From NCBI GenBank assembly GCA_002104905.1, contig MCFE01000357.1:1-64000 (forward strand): a stretch of 64,000 bases of DNA, in the 5' to 3' direction. The DNA comes from Basidiobolus meristosporus CBS 931.73 (Eukaryota > Fungi > Basidiobolomycota). Shown here one piece after another: positions 47,923-59,201 of this stretch (its first letter is position 1; every line of letters starts with the position of its first letter). The position numbers and the translations under genes are program-made. The notes beneath the pieces were generated by a model. It worked only from the letters and a program-made list of their open reading frames with translations. It did not search any database and had not been told where the DNA came from.

Positions 47923-48831
47923 ATGTCTTGTCCATTCGAAAGCAACTTGGATTTTGCGAATTTTTGCTCTGATTTTGAGCCACTGCTGTTCTCGAGCGTG
48001 AACGTATCCGACTGCAGAGACGCCTATGATGGCTTCTCTCACTTACCATCTCCTCAAACGCCCACCAAGTACATCTCGGATGATCTGTCATTCGTCGAGC
48101 CAATCGGTCGGGACTTTGCTCATTTTTGGAAGGAATCGCCTCTCTCCTCGCCACCAGAGAGCAACTACAGCCAGGAGAGCGATCCCTTCATATTTGCCAA
48201 TTATGACAATAAAGTATTTCCATTTTCAATGGAAGATCCTCTGGTTCTGGATAATATGTCCCCTATGGCATATCTCCCAGTACCATCCAGTGGGGGTCTT
48301 TGTTTACAGCCCGACTCGTGTGTCTCTCCAAACGACTTGGAGAGCCTACCGGCGACGCCATGTGTGAAGAGCACCATATCCGAGGCTAGCACAGACTGCC
48401 CCTCCCAGAGCCATCAGACCGTTCCAGAAGGCACCAAGCGGTCCAGGGGCCGCAAGGCGTCGACCAAACAGGAGAGCCAAGGGTGCAGCAAAACATTCGC
48501 CTGCGAGTACAGAGACTGTGGCAAGGTGTTCAAAAGGGCGGAGCATCTCAAGCGCCATGTTCGCTCCATCCACACCCTGGAAAAACGTAAGTTGGCTAGC
48601 GTTCGTCAAGAGTGTCTGACCATGTATCTAATGATTCTCTGTACCTCAGCCTTCCCATGCCCGCATCCAACTTGCACCAAGCGCTTCTCACGATCCGACA
48701 ACCTGAACCAGCACATCAGAGTCCATCGCAACTCTAGAGACAGGGTGGCCAACCCCAATTTCAGCCACTTCACACCCTACGTTCCATCGTCAGGAAATCC
48801 AGAGGCATACCAATCAGTGTTTCTGAATTGA
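47923..48831 (+). CDS. C2H2 zinc-finger transcription factor, Msn2/Msn4/Seb1-like (one intron 48587-48649)
   Basis: [58 protein letters not shown]..AG splicing restores the canonical linker. Confidence 0.9.
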   Translation: [302 protein letters not shown]

Positions 48832-49839
48832 TCGATTTCGCACCAGCAAACTGTCAATTATTGTCATACCTCTTCGGCACTCTCGTATCGAACAGCCTTA
48901 ATGGCATTCTCTACATTTTGCTCACTGTAATCAATGGATATGCTTCGGCTCATATCAAAGATACGTACTGTACATAGGTCATCTGCCTTTCCTCTCTGTA
49001 TTCGATATTTTTCCCTCCCTCCCATCATGCATCACTTCGACTCAATAAATTAATCAAATATGCGGATTGCGCTTGGATCAAACCCTGCTGCATGTCCTAT
49101 TGGACAGCCGGTGTTTCGTACGGGTATCTTGGCATCGTTGATTGCAGTTGCATTGCTGACAATTTGGTAGGTGACCACCGGCAAAACCGGTGTCGCTCCA
49201 CGAATGAAGGCGATGGAGAACAGGAAGTTGCATAAGCGAGTATTAGGTAATTTCTGTGTACATGGGCTTAGGTATTCCGCCGAAACTTGCATTTAATTTA
49301 GATGCAACATGGGTTGACTCATTTGTCAGGTCTAATACTATGTCTTGGTCTTGTGTCCCTCACCTAAGCTAAGCACTTACTAAATCCGCTGTTGTGTGGA
49401 TCAAGATGAGGATGCTCCATCTTCATCCTTCCTGGGCTGTGTGAGAACTGCCTTGATGACAAATGGGATTTCTGCTTAGCTGATTACCCAAGTTTGGTTG
49501 GCAGAGCTGACTCAATATTTGCCTCTCCTATTCGATTTCTAGTTCCATTCTTGATTGTTGTTACCGTCCGAAGCTACCTCAAAATGTTACCGTACCTCAA
49601 TATCTGTGCCTTGTCCGGCAGCTGACTCGCCAGAGATGCTAATTGGATACAGACGTGGTGCTCTTGTTCTCAGGTCCTCACCACAGCCGCTCATACATGG
49701 CTGAGGGAAATCCCTGGATATATGCTAGTCAATGATCACATTGATTAGTGGAGTGATTTCCACAAAATCTATCCCAAATTAATTCAATGTTATCGCCACA
49801 AATAAACAATCATAGTTACTTCCAGACGAGCTTGGAGAG

Positions 49840-52800
49840 ATGAATCCCTCATCGGCTGCGAACGGTAAAATGGAAGCATACGTCGAGCCACCCATAAAGA
49901 AACAAAAGCTATATGCTGAATACGAGCGTTCCGCGCAGAAAAACGCCGAGCTTGTACTGAAAGAAGCCGACAAATTCTACGCCCACCGCAAGGACGCGTT
50001 CCTGCTCTCACCCAGGCAGACGAATCACGAGCAATTCGAGTTGAAAGTGCTGGCGTCCTCTACCAAACAGATCCCTGGAAATTGGATATCTTCTTCACAA
50101 ATCACTCTAAGTAGTAAACCCAACTCCAAGAAGCTCGTTATCAAACCACTTAAAGGTGAGTGGGTTTTGATGATTATCTGTTTTGACCTCGTTCTGAAAC
50201 TTACGCGCCCTGTTGCTATTCAGCTCCGCCCAAAGTCTCCGACGAATATATCCTAACACAGTGGGGTAGGTTAAAGCGCGCAATCAATGAAATTCAGCAG
50301 AATCAACCCCTCTCGGAGAAACTTGAGGAACTCTATCAGGTTTTACCTATTCTTTCCGTATCGTCTTGCCTGGTTTTGGCTCAACAGTTTTGACCCTTGT
50401 TGTTAAGGTGTGCCAAAATCTTTGTCACCAAAAGAAAGCAGCCTTTCTGTATGAGAAACTGGAGGTGGAGTGCCGGAACCACGTCGTCTTAGAGAAAGAG
50501 AAACTTGAGCGGTAAGTAAGCAGAATTTATATGTTGTCAAAGGCGCCTATGTTAAATTCTGTATGCTGTATTTTATAGGGACGCTTTCTTCGATGAACCG
50601 TTCTTGATAACTTTGAATGACTGTTGGACTCGATATTGTTCTCAGATGGTAAATAGCTTCTTACAATAGCATCTATAATTATGCCACTTCTAACCAGAGT
50701 CTGCGCTAGCATCTGATTCGCAGCATCTTCCTCTACCTCGATAGAACCTTTGCATTGCATACATCAGGAATGATGACTTCTTGGTAATGGCATATATGTA
50801 GTTGATGAAGAAATGGGAGATGCTAACTGGACTATTCCAGGGATATGGGATTGAGTATCTTTAATAAGTTCTTGATGACTTCCACCGAGATCCGGAAGAA
50901 GGCATTATCAGGAATCCTTAATGCTATCGAAAAAGAAAGGTTTCTATCAAGTCTAACGCACATGCTAGCCATAATGTTGAGACTAACCGTCTAAGCATGG
51001 ATCAATAGCATGCCACAAGTATTGAAATCACTTCTTCGTATGTATTCCGATCTCGGAATATATCTCAATGGTTTCGAAAGACCGTTTCTAGAAGCAACAA
51101 CGCTGATCTACCGAGGGGCGGCTTCAGAGCGGATTGCTAATATGGAAATACAAGACTACCTATTGTATGTCGAGGAAAGACTGTTGAAAGAGAAAGAGCG
51201 TTGCCTACTTTATTTAGACGAGAAAACTAGGCGACCTCTAATTGAGTTGGTGGAACATGAGCTAGTCAAAAAGCACGCCAAAGCTCTACTAGAAAAAGGT
51301 AATGGTTATTCCAGCAGTCCATGTTGCAAGATCCCACCTAACATGCCACCATAGGGTTTGAAAGCCTCGTTAATACGAACGCTAGAGCAGATCTCTCCAG
51401 ATTATACATACTGTTAGAGCGGGTCGGTGAATTAGAGCTGCTTCGAGCCTTCTTCGGATTTTATACCAAAGTAAGTCAAGTATACTGTCTTTGTTCGTCG
51501 AACTATAATTCACGCCGTTCCTCGATCTTTCCTATTAGCGTGTTGGCTTGCAGATTGTTACTAATCAAAACAAAGATTGTACTATGGTGCAAGACCTCCT
51601 GAATTTCAAAGAAAAATTAGACTTGATCCTCGATACATCTTTTCAAAAGAATGAGGGATTCTCCAATACTTTGAAGGATAGCTTTGAATCATTCCTCAAT
51701 ATCAGGCAGCACAAACCAGCCGAGATGATCGGTATGCTCCATTATACAATATCCTACATCCAGTAACTAATTTTCTTTCGTTAGCCAAGTACATAGACTC
51801 AAAGCTTCGCTCAACCAGCAAGGTTAGTTTTCCCACCCGGTTTTATTGTTGTAAGCGGATAATAATCCCCACATAATCAAGATATCGGAGTCAGAGGTCG
51901 ATGCTTTTCTCGACCAATCCTTGGTGCTCTTCCGATTTGTTCAGGGCAAAGACGTATTCGAGGCATTTTATAAACGTGATTTGGCCAAACGGCTGTTACT
52001 GAATAAGAGCGTCTCGCTGAACGTCGAGAAATCGTTCATCTCCAAACTTAAAGCGGGTATGCTGACCATTAATAGGCCTGATTTCCGCATGGCTCTGATG
52101 TTGTCTCCACCTTTTTTAGAATGCGGGCCTGGGTTCACGAGTAAACTTGAGGGGATGTTCAAGGATATGAATATATCCAGAGAACTTATGGATGCTTTTC
52201 ACCAGGTTCATCTTCAATATACCGTCGATAATTCTACGGCTACTGACTACAGATTCCAACAAAGTCCAAAAAATACAAGGATACTTGTAAAGATACGGAG
52301 CTACATGTATCGGTACTAACTCAAGGCTTCTGGCCTGCTTATCGACCAAGCGACGCCAGATTACCGCCACAGGTAATGAAAGCATGATTCTGTATATGTA
52401 AATGATCTTGCTTATTTACTTAGTTTTGTCCCTAACCCATAGATGATGGAATACCAAGACCTGTTCAAGGATTTCTACCATAAGCGGTATCGCGGCAGAC
52501 ACTTGATATGGCAATCCTCTCTTGGGTACTGCGTATTAAAGGGATATTTCCCAAAGGTACTGGTCGAGTGGTTTTCGCAATGTAAGGGAGGTGAGGCTAA
52601 AGTGGTTTGATTTTCAGGGGAACAAGGAGTTGGTGGTATCTTTGTACCAAGCCATAATTCTATTTCTGTTCAACGACGCTCAAACCCATCCCTTACGCCT
52701 GAGCTACCTTGATATATTCAAAGCCACCAACATCGGTAAGATTTGTGACCGAGAATCCAGTTTGGACGTTGGGCGTTGAGCGTATCTCATTTGTTGGTTT

Positions 52801-53424
52801 CTAGAAAAGCCTGAACTCGACAGGGCGCTTGCTTCGTTGACCCATGGCAAAACGCAGATTCTATTGAAGTACCCCAACGTACGGTTACATCCTGAACACT
52901 CACCGTCACCTCTACACCACTAACCCTATCTAAAGAATCCTCAGATCAACAGCACAGACCTATTCGCAGTCAACGAAGAATTCACCGCCCCGTTGCTTCG
53001 TATCAAGACCAACGCGGTACAACTGGAGGAGTCTGTGGAAGATAACGCCATCACCACCGAAAAAGTCTTCCAGGATCGACAATACCAGGTAGGATCAACG
53101 AGAATCGATTGAACCACCCCATACTGAAACCGGTCACCCCACTTAGGTCGATGCGGCCATCGTACGAATCATGAAATTCCGGAAAACCCTGGGTCATACG
53201 GAGTTGATTAATGAACTCTTGGAACAGCTGAAATTCCCAATGAAGGTAAGGAACCCGAGCATGTCTAGCTTTAGCCCTGCGCCCCCACCCACACTCGCAC
53301 AGGCGATTAACCACTCCGAAACCTCTAGGCCACTGACCTGAAGAAGCGTATCGAATCATTGATTGATCGAGATTACCTCGAACGGGATAAATCCGACGGG
53401 AACATGTACAATTATCTTGCTTAA
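49840..53424 (+). CDS. CUL4: Cullin-4 (multi-exon)
   Basis: [84 protein letters not shown]...YNYLA*; start codon approximate. Confidence 0.95.
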
Positions 53425-53458
53425 ATGAATGTATATCAGGTTGCGAGGGTGGAATAAA

Positions 53459-53500
53459 ATGAATGAATGAATGAATGAACGAACGAACGAACGAATGAAT
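53459..53500 (+). repeat. Compound microsatellite (GAAT)n(GAAC)n in the CUL4 3' region
   Basis: GAATGAATGAATGAATGAACGAACGAACGAACGAATGAAT. Confidence 0.9.
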
Positions 53501-53633
53501 TAGATCACATGTGTCGGTTGGCAAATGATTTCACTTTGCTCATTCCCGTGGGAATCCATGTCACCTGAGATCTCTCCTTTGGTGAGGTTGATGAACCAAC
53601 TGGTGTGGAAGCGGCGAGCCACGCTTTTCGACC

Positions 53634-55148
53634 ATGAGACTCACAGTTTCCCCTTGGGTTAACGCACTTTCCAGAACACAATTCAGGGCCGCTGCCGTGT
53701 TACCCCGACAGGCCCAAGTAAGGCAATACTACGGTGGTGCAGGTGGTAAAGCGCTTGGAGATAGCAGCCAGGAGTGCTGGGACCTAAGAAGCGACACCGG
53801 TAGGTCCCCTTCCCCCTTCCTCTTCCCTGTCTTCACCGAGAGGCTTCCTCTCGGGTGGCCTTCGTGGACTCGGAGAACGGTTTACTGATTCCAATTGTTC
53901 CCCCCCTTCCTGCTTTGCAGTGACCGAGCCCACCGCGGCCATGTTTGAGACGATGAGACAAGCTTCCAAAGGGGACGACGTGTTCGGGGTAAGTTTTTCC
54001 AAGGGTGTCCGCGCGCTCTGACAACCCGTCCCGTGGAGGGAGCGCCTGGAAACGGTCACCCCGCTCCTTGGCCGCCCCTCGCCACCCCTCCCTTCCCACC
54101 GCTCACCTTGATTTTTTAGGAGGATCGGTGCGTTACCGGGTTCGAAAGCAGAGTGGCCCGACTGGCCGGTCACGAGGCGGCCCTGTTTTGTACCTCCGGT
54201 ACACTTACCAACCAACTTGGCCTTCGGACCCACCTGAGGGATCCCCCGCAGTCCGTGCTGTGCGATAGCAGAGCGCACGTGTACGTCTACGAGGCAGGCG
54301 GGATCTCCTTTCACTCCCAGGCCAGCGTGACCCCGGTCGTGGCCAGTAACGGGGTGCACCTGACATCGGAGGAGGTCCTGGAGAATTTGATCGGGGAGGA
54401 TGTACACAACGCACCTACGAAGGTGGTTTCCCTGGAGAACACCTGCAACGGAATGATCTTTCCCCTCGACGAGATCAAGTAAGTGCGGCTTGGGTGTACG
54501 GCCCTGCGACGGGGAAAGGACCTGGCGGTATCGGTGGGCTAACGTTTGTGATTTAGGAAGATCCGAGCCCTGACCAAGGAGAGAGGGATCAAACTCCATC
54601 TAGACGGGGCGCGTCTGTGGAATGCCTCGGTGGCCGAGAACATCCCCATCTCGGAGTATGGCGCGCAGTTCGACTCGATGTCGTTGTGTTTCTCGAAAGG
54701 CCTGGGCGCACCCATCGGCTCGGTCCTGGTGGGGGACACCATGTTCATCCGGAAGGCGCGTCACTTTCGCAAACTGTTCGGCGGCGGCTGGAGACAGGCG
54801 GGTATGCTGGCCGCGGCCGGGGAGTATTGCCTCGACGAGCATCTGCCGAGACTCGGCCTTGACCACCGGAGGGCGCGTGGGCTGGCGGAGAGGCTGGCCC
54901 GGTTAGGCTTCCAGCTGGTCTACCCAGTTCACACAAATATGGTCTTCTTCAGCAGCGAGTCGGTTGGTGTCCCGATGGGGGACATCATCGAGGCGCTGGA
55001 GCAGAACCATGTCCGTATCATGGACTACGGTAAGAACCGGGCCAGGGTGGTGTTCCATCATCAGGTCCCAGATGAGGCGGTGACGAGGATCGCAGATGTT
55101 CTGGAGCGGATGGTAAGGAGCGGCAAGAACAAACCTGCCACCGACTAA
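53634..55148 (+). CDS. GLY1: Low-specificity L-threonine aldolase with an N-terminal mitochondrial-type presequence (3 introns)
   Basis: DLRSDTVTEP, GDDVFGED, ALFCTSGTLTNQL, HVYVYEAGG, SLENT, HLDGARLWNA, SLCFSKGLGAPIGS, GGGWRQAG, HTNMV. Confidence 0.95.
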
Positions 55149-55396
55149 TGTGGTGCGTATCGTCCACTTCTGCCAACAAAAAACGGAATAAATCGCGGCG
55201 ACCCCACGTTCGGGAGGGGAAGCGTGCCCACTGCTACGTAGAAATCAAGGGATCACTTGTGGTGGATACCGGTGGTTTTATTCGTTTGGCGAGGGGAGAA
55301 TGGACATGTATGCATCGAGTAAGCTTGGTACATAAAGAAAGATTATATTACATAAAGGGACGGTTCTCTCATGCTGGGTTGGCCAGTTTCCTGTTG

Positions 55397-55963
55397 CTAC
55401 GAGTCACCGCCTGAAGTCCTCTGGACTTTGGCCTCTCCGGGCACGTTGATTGTGTCATTCTCCACCGCGCGCACCGCCTCGTCCACCAGCCCCGACTCCT
55501 CGTCGTCGAGCCAGTCCTGTTTGGGCGGAGAGGGGTGTTTCTTGGAGGCGCCTAGGGATTGCGCCTGAACCCCTTGCACGTTCGAGTCGGATGGGGCGCT
55601 GAAGGTCTCCTGCTTCGCCACACGGATGGCCTCTTTGGCGTACTCACTGTCCTCGTCGGAGCTCATCCAATCCTTCTGGATGTTCTCGGGAGAGAGGGAG
55701 GAAGGGGCGTCGGTCGTCTCCTCGACCACCGTTTCCCTATCCCCCATGGACTCGACCACCGTCTCACCGGGGATGTTGATGGTCTCCTCGGATATGGAGC
55801 GAATCGCCTCTTGGGCGTAGCCGCCATCCTCGGCGTCCATCCAATCCTTTTGGTCCGCGGGACGGGTGGGTTTCCCGGAGTAGAGGCGAGGCACAAGTAG
55901 CGGTCGGGCGGGGACCCTTGCGAGGTGGGGGTAGATGCGGAGGGGATTTCTTACGGGGAACAT
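55397..55963 (-). CDS. Hypothetical protein (~188 aa): mitochondrial presequence plus three acidic DW..EA(I/V)R repeats
   Basis: Single uninterrupted ORF with GC-rich coding-like composition; MFPVRNPLRIYPHLARVPARPLLVPRLYS; TATAAA ~46 bp upstream (56009-56014). Confidence 0.75.
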   Translation of the reverse strand: MFPVRNPLRIYPHLARVPARPLLVPRLYSGKPTRPADQKDWMDAEDGGYAQEAIRSISEETINIPGETVVESMGDRETVVEETTDAPSSLSPENIQKDWMSSDEDSEYAKEAIRVAKQETFSAPSDSNVQGVQAQSLGASKKHPSPPKQDWLDDEESGLVDEAVRAVENDTINVPGEAKVQRTSGGDS

Positions 55964-56572
55964 GGTGTCGAAGTGAATGTGGGGGATTCCTTTGGGCACT
56001 GGAGCTGGTTTATATCATCCCCTGAGCATCACCCACCCAAGGGAAGATGGGACGCGCCGAGAGATTGCGCAATCCAATCCGAGCCCGACCCATTACTTTG
56101 TGATGACGCATCTCAAGGGTGAGGTGTTGGTTCCCGGACGACCCACTCCTATTTGTCACTGTTGGTGTCATGCTGAACTATAGTTCAGGGCTCACCTCGA
56201 CACGACCAGTCATTCGTCCCCTCACCCTCACCCATGCCATCACTCTCACTCTCACTCCCACTCCCACCCTCTCCCTCTTCCTCGTCATATTTGGGTGGCA
56301 GCAGCCGCGAGCCCGGTTCACCTCAACCGAGGACCACCATCGCAACAACCACTGCCCACCCCACTCGTCAGCGCAGAAAAACAACAAATAAATCCACATA
56401 CAAAATCATCAGCAATATATATTTTTGGCAATTTTCTTGGGTTGGTTCCAGTTCAACGATACTAACGGGATAGGATCTACGTGAAGCGGAAATGGATTAT
56501 GGTTCATTTTGCGTAGAGGGGAAGGTAAAGGTGGAGGTGGAGGTGGAGGTGGTGGAGGGTGGGTGTGGTCGT

Positions 56573-58292
56573 CTAGGCATTGGCATTGGTGGCTGCGTTG
56601 GTGGTGATGCTGACGGTGGCGTTCCCATTGGCATTCACACTGGACTGAGCGATCACCTTGGCGTTGGAGACCACCTTCAAGATATCCGACAACGATTGCT
56701 TCCAGCCCTTCATCTTGGCACCGAGCTCTTCCCAGTCCTTTGTGGTGAAGACACGACGAGTGGAACGGCTGTGGATGGGATGGGGGTTAGTGAAACACGG
56801 TCTTCATGCTGGCTGGCCGGTGGCGGCAACGTACCTGATGGTGACGGTCTCGTTGAGTTGGTTGAGCTTGGCTTCGATCAATCCGGCGCGTACAACTGGT
56901 TTGGTCGGTAAGTATCAGGTGGGAATGGATAGATTCAGTGGTGCTTACCATCGATGACCCAGAACTCAACCTCGTCGGCGTCGATCTTGAGTGCGTCACA
57001 GACTGCACTGTAGGAGAGTTCGTTTCCGAGATGCTCCGAGCCCAGGGAGGCAAGGGTCAACATACGGATCTTGTTGATGTTGTCTTCCTCATTGAAACCT
57101 AGCGAGATTCCGGGAGATCAGTGGGGTGACCGGAGAGAAGCGGGTGACATCCCCCTCGACTTACCGAACTCTTGAACAGCCTGGCCGTTCTCCGCCACGA
57201 ATTGGTTGTACTCTGTGAGGCTGCCGTTCAGGAAGATGTTCATCAGCTTGAAGATGGTCTCGCCCTGGAGGAGTTGGACGGAGGGCATCTTGGACAGATC
57301 CTCGAATTGGAACACTCCGGGCATTTTGATGGCGTCGACGATGGCCTTCTTGGCGAATGGCTTAGCCTCCTCGGCATCCGAGTCGAATGAGGCGAGGTAC
57401 TTGAGGGCGTATTCGTAGGATTGCTTACTAGAAAAGAGGACGCCCGGTAAGTAGAGATTCCAAGGTGGATATGCACTGCAGGTCGATCCTACTAGTATTG
57501 AGCTGTGTTCAATTTCTCACTCAAAAGGAGATACAATTCACGGATCTGGCTCTTGGAAGCACCCCACTGCTGAAGCCACGAGTCCACAGACTTGAGCTGG
57601 GAAGCAACGGCCTCCATACGGTTGTTTTGGGAGGCGACGTTGACGACGGCAACAAAGAGGGTGTAGCGAAGTGGGAAGGTGGCAGGCAAAACGTTGAAGT
57701 AGTTCGAGAGGCTAACAGGGAGAGGAAACCAGTTTAGTTGACTTGGCTAGGCTACGTAAGCACAACGGACGCAGTCTTACATTTGCATTCTGACACTGGC
57801 TTTCCCTTCGGCCTTGACCAAAGCCTCGATCAACTTTTGAAGGAGGGCTTCGGATGAGGCGGCTTTGCTACCAACGATCACGGCCAACAAATGGTTGAAG
57901 GCGAGCTCGGTTTCTGGGTACAAGTGGCTGGGGTTAGTAAGGGTGCGGCAAGCAGAAGAGAACTGTACTTCAGGTACCTTGGTCATCAAGGGTGAGAAGA
58001 AGGTCGCTCTCGTCGACGAACTTTTGGTAAACTTCGTCGAACTTCTCGGAATCGACGAGGGCCTTGATTTCCAAGTAGTATGGAGAGTTCTCGTTTTCTT
58101 CTCCCTTGATATCGCTGACGTAGGAGGCGAAATCCAAAGCCTGCATAGACACATACATGGGGTTAAAACGGAGCCAGGCGAAGAAGGTTGAAGCGGGCCC
58201 CCCAAAAGTGCTTGGGCCCGCCTCGTCATAGCTTAGGCAGGTACCTGAACGTCCGGGCTTCCCTCAACAAAGATGGTGTTTACGTTCTCCAT
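56573..58292 (-). CDS. EIF3M: Translation initiation factor 3 subunit M (PCI domain, multi-exon)
   Basis: MENVNTIFVEGS, ELAFNHLLAVI, AIKMPGVFQFEDL, NINKIRMLTLASLG, VEFWVIDVVRAG..EAKLNQ, RVFTTKDWEEL. Confidence 0.9.
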
Positions 58293-58558
58293 TTCGAAAA
58301 TAGAACCTGATAGCTTTCTACTTAGCTTACGCAAAATAAAGCTAATCGCAAAGCTCGCGTACTCAGCGAGGTTCCTTTTTTCAGGCAAGAAAAAAATCTC
58401 CCCTCCCAACGAAAAAAAAGAATCAAATGGTGGTGATATTCCCAGCAAAACTGGATCAAAAAAATTCTCGATTTGTTCAGCGGTTCAGGATTGCGATCAA
58501 ATTTGCTCGGATCAAGCGATCTCCCTTTATTTATATTACAGATGGGCTCACGAGGGTG

Positions 58559-58620
58559 GGATAGTATGGCTAGGATAGTATCGCTAGGATAGTATCGCTA
58601 GGATAATATTGCTAGAAGTA
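58559..58620 (+). repeat. 14-bp minisatellite (GCTAGGATAGTATC) x ~4.5 between MZT1 and EIF3M
   Basis: Directly visible. Confidence 0.85.
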
Positions 58621-58649
58621 TATTTGTCTAGTAATTCATTACAGAAGCG

Positions 58650-58966
58650 TCATGCTTCGCTGGTCTGTTTGAGGAAGGGTTGAGTTTGACATTGGTTCGT
58701 TGGTGAGCTTCTCAATGCGAAAGGTACCTGTAGCTTCTTTCCTTCGCGGCGAAGTTCCTTGATGACCGCCGCTAAAGCATCCGGGTTTACCCCGTTCTCA
58801 AGTAAAGTCATGCACAGGCTGAGCGTCTCACGGTCCAAGCCTGTCCCTAGAAGCTTGGAAATATCATTTACAACTGGAAGTTGGATCAGTACACTGTCAT
58901 ATTCTTATTGTTTTATTGCCTACTTTCAAAGGTCTCTCGCATATCGCGGCTGCGTTGATCCTCCAT
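58650..58966 (-). CDS. MZT1: MOZART1 gamma-tubulin complex component (1-2 introns)
   Basis: RETFEIVNDISKLLGTGLDRETLSLCMTLLENGVNPDALAAVIKELRRE after splicing. Confidence 0.92.
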
Positions 58967-59201
58967 CTTGTGCAAGTTTAAGTGTTCTCTCGGCTTCACC
59001 AATGGTTTGGCTGAAGTGTGGTTTATTTACTGGATTATTTAGAAGGATGGTGTTGTCGGTAGGGACCAACCCCATTTCTGGCCCATCCTGAATAATCATC
59101 ACCGAGAATTTTTTCAAACTGTTTAACTTAGCCACCGCGGAAATAAAGCAAAAGCGGTCCTTCAAGAGTTTGGGTTGTTTAGGCGGACCGAGGCGGAAAC
59201 C

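Noticed and set aside
53051-53524. 157-aa minus-strand ORF
   Set aside because: Antisense to the CUL4 3' end and opened by the (GAAT)n microsatellite (FIHS repeats).
55148-55414. ORF overlapping the GLY1 stop (TAATG) as coupled translation
   Set aside because: Lies in the convergent 3' UTR region, has no protein-like features, and TAATG arises easily by chance.
56492-56572. (GGTGGA)n run as a coding poly-Pro tail of eIF3m
   Set aside because: The eIF3m stop is at 56573-56575; the run is 3' UTR simple sequence.
53634-58292. Horizontal transfer of the GC-rich block
   Set aside because: Contains spliceosomal introns and a eukaryote-specific gene (eIF3m), and the GC rise begins inside CUL4.
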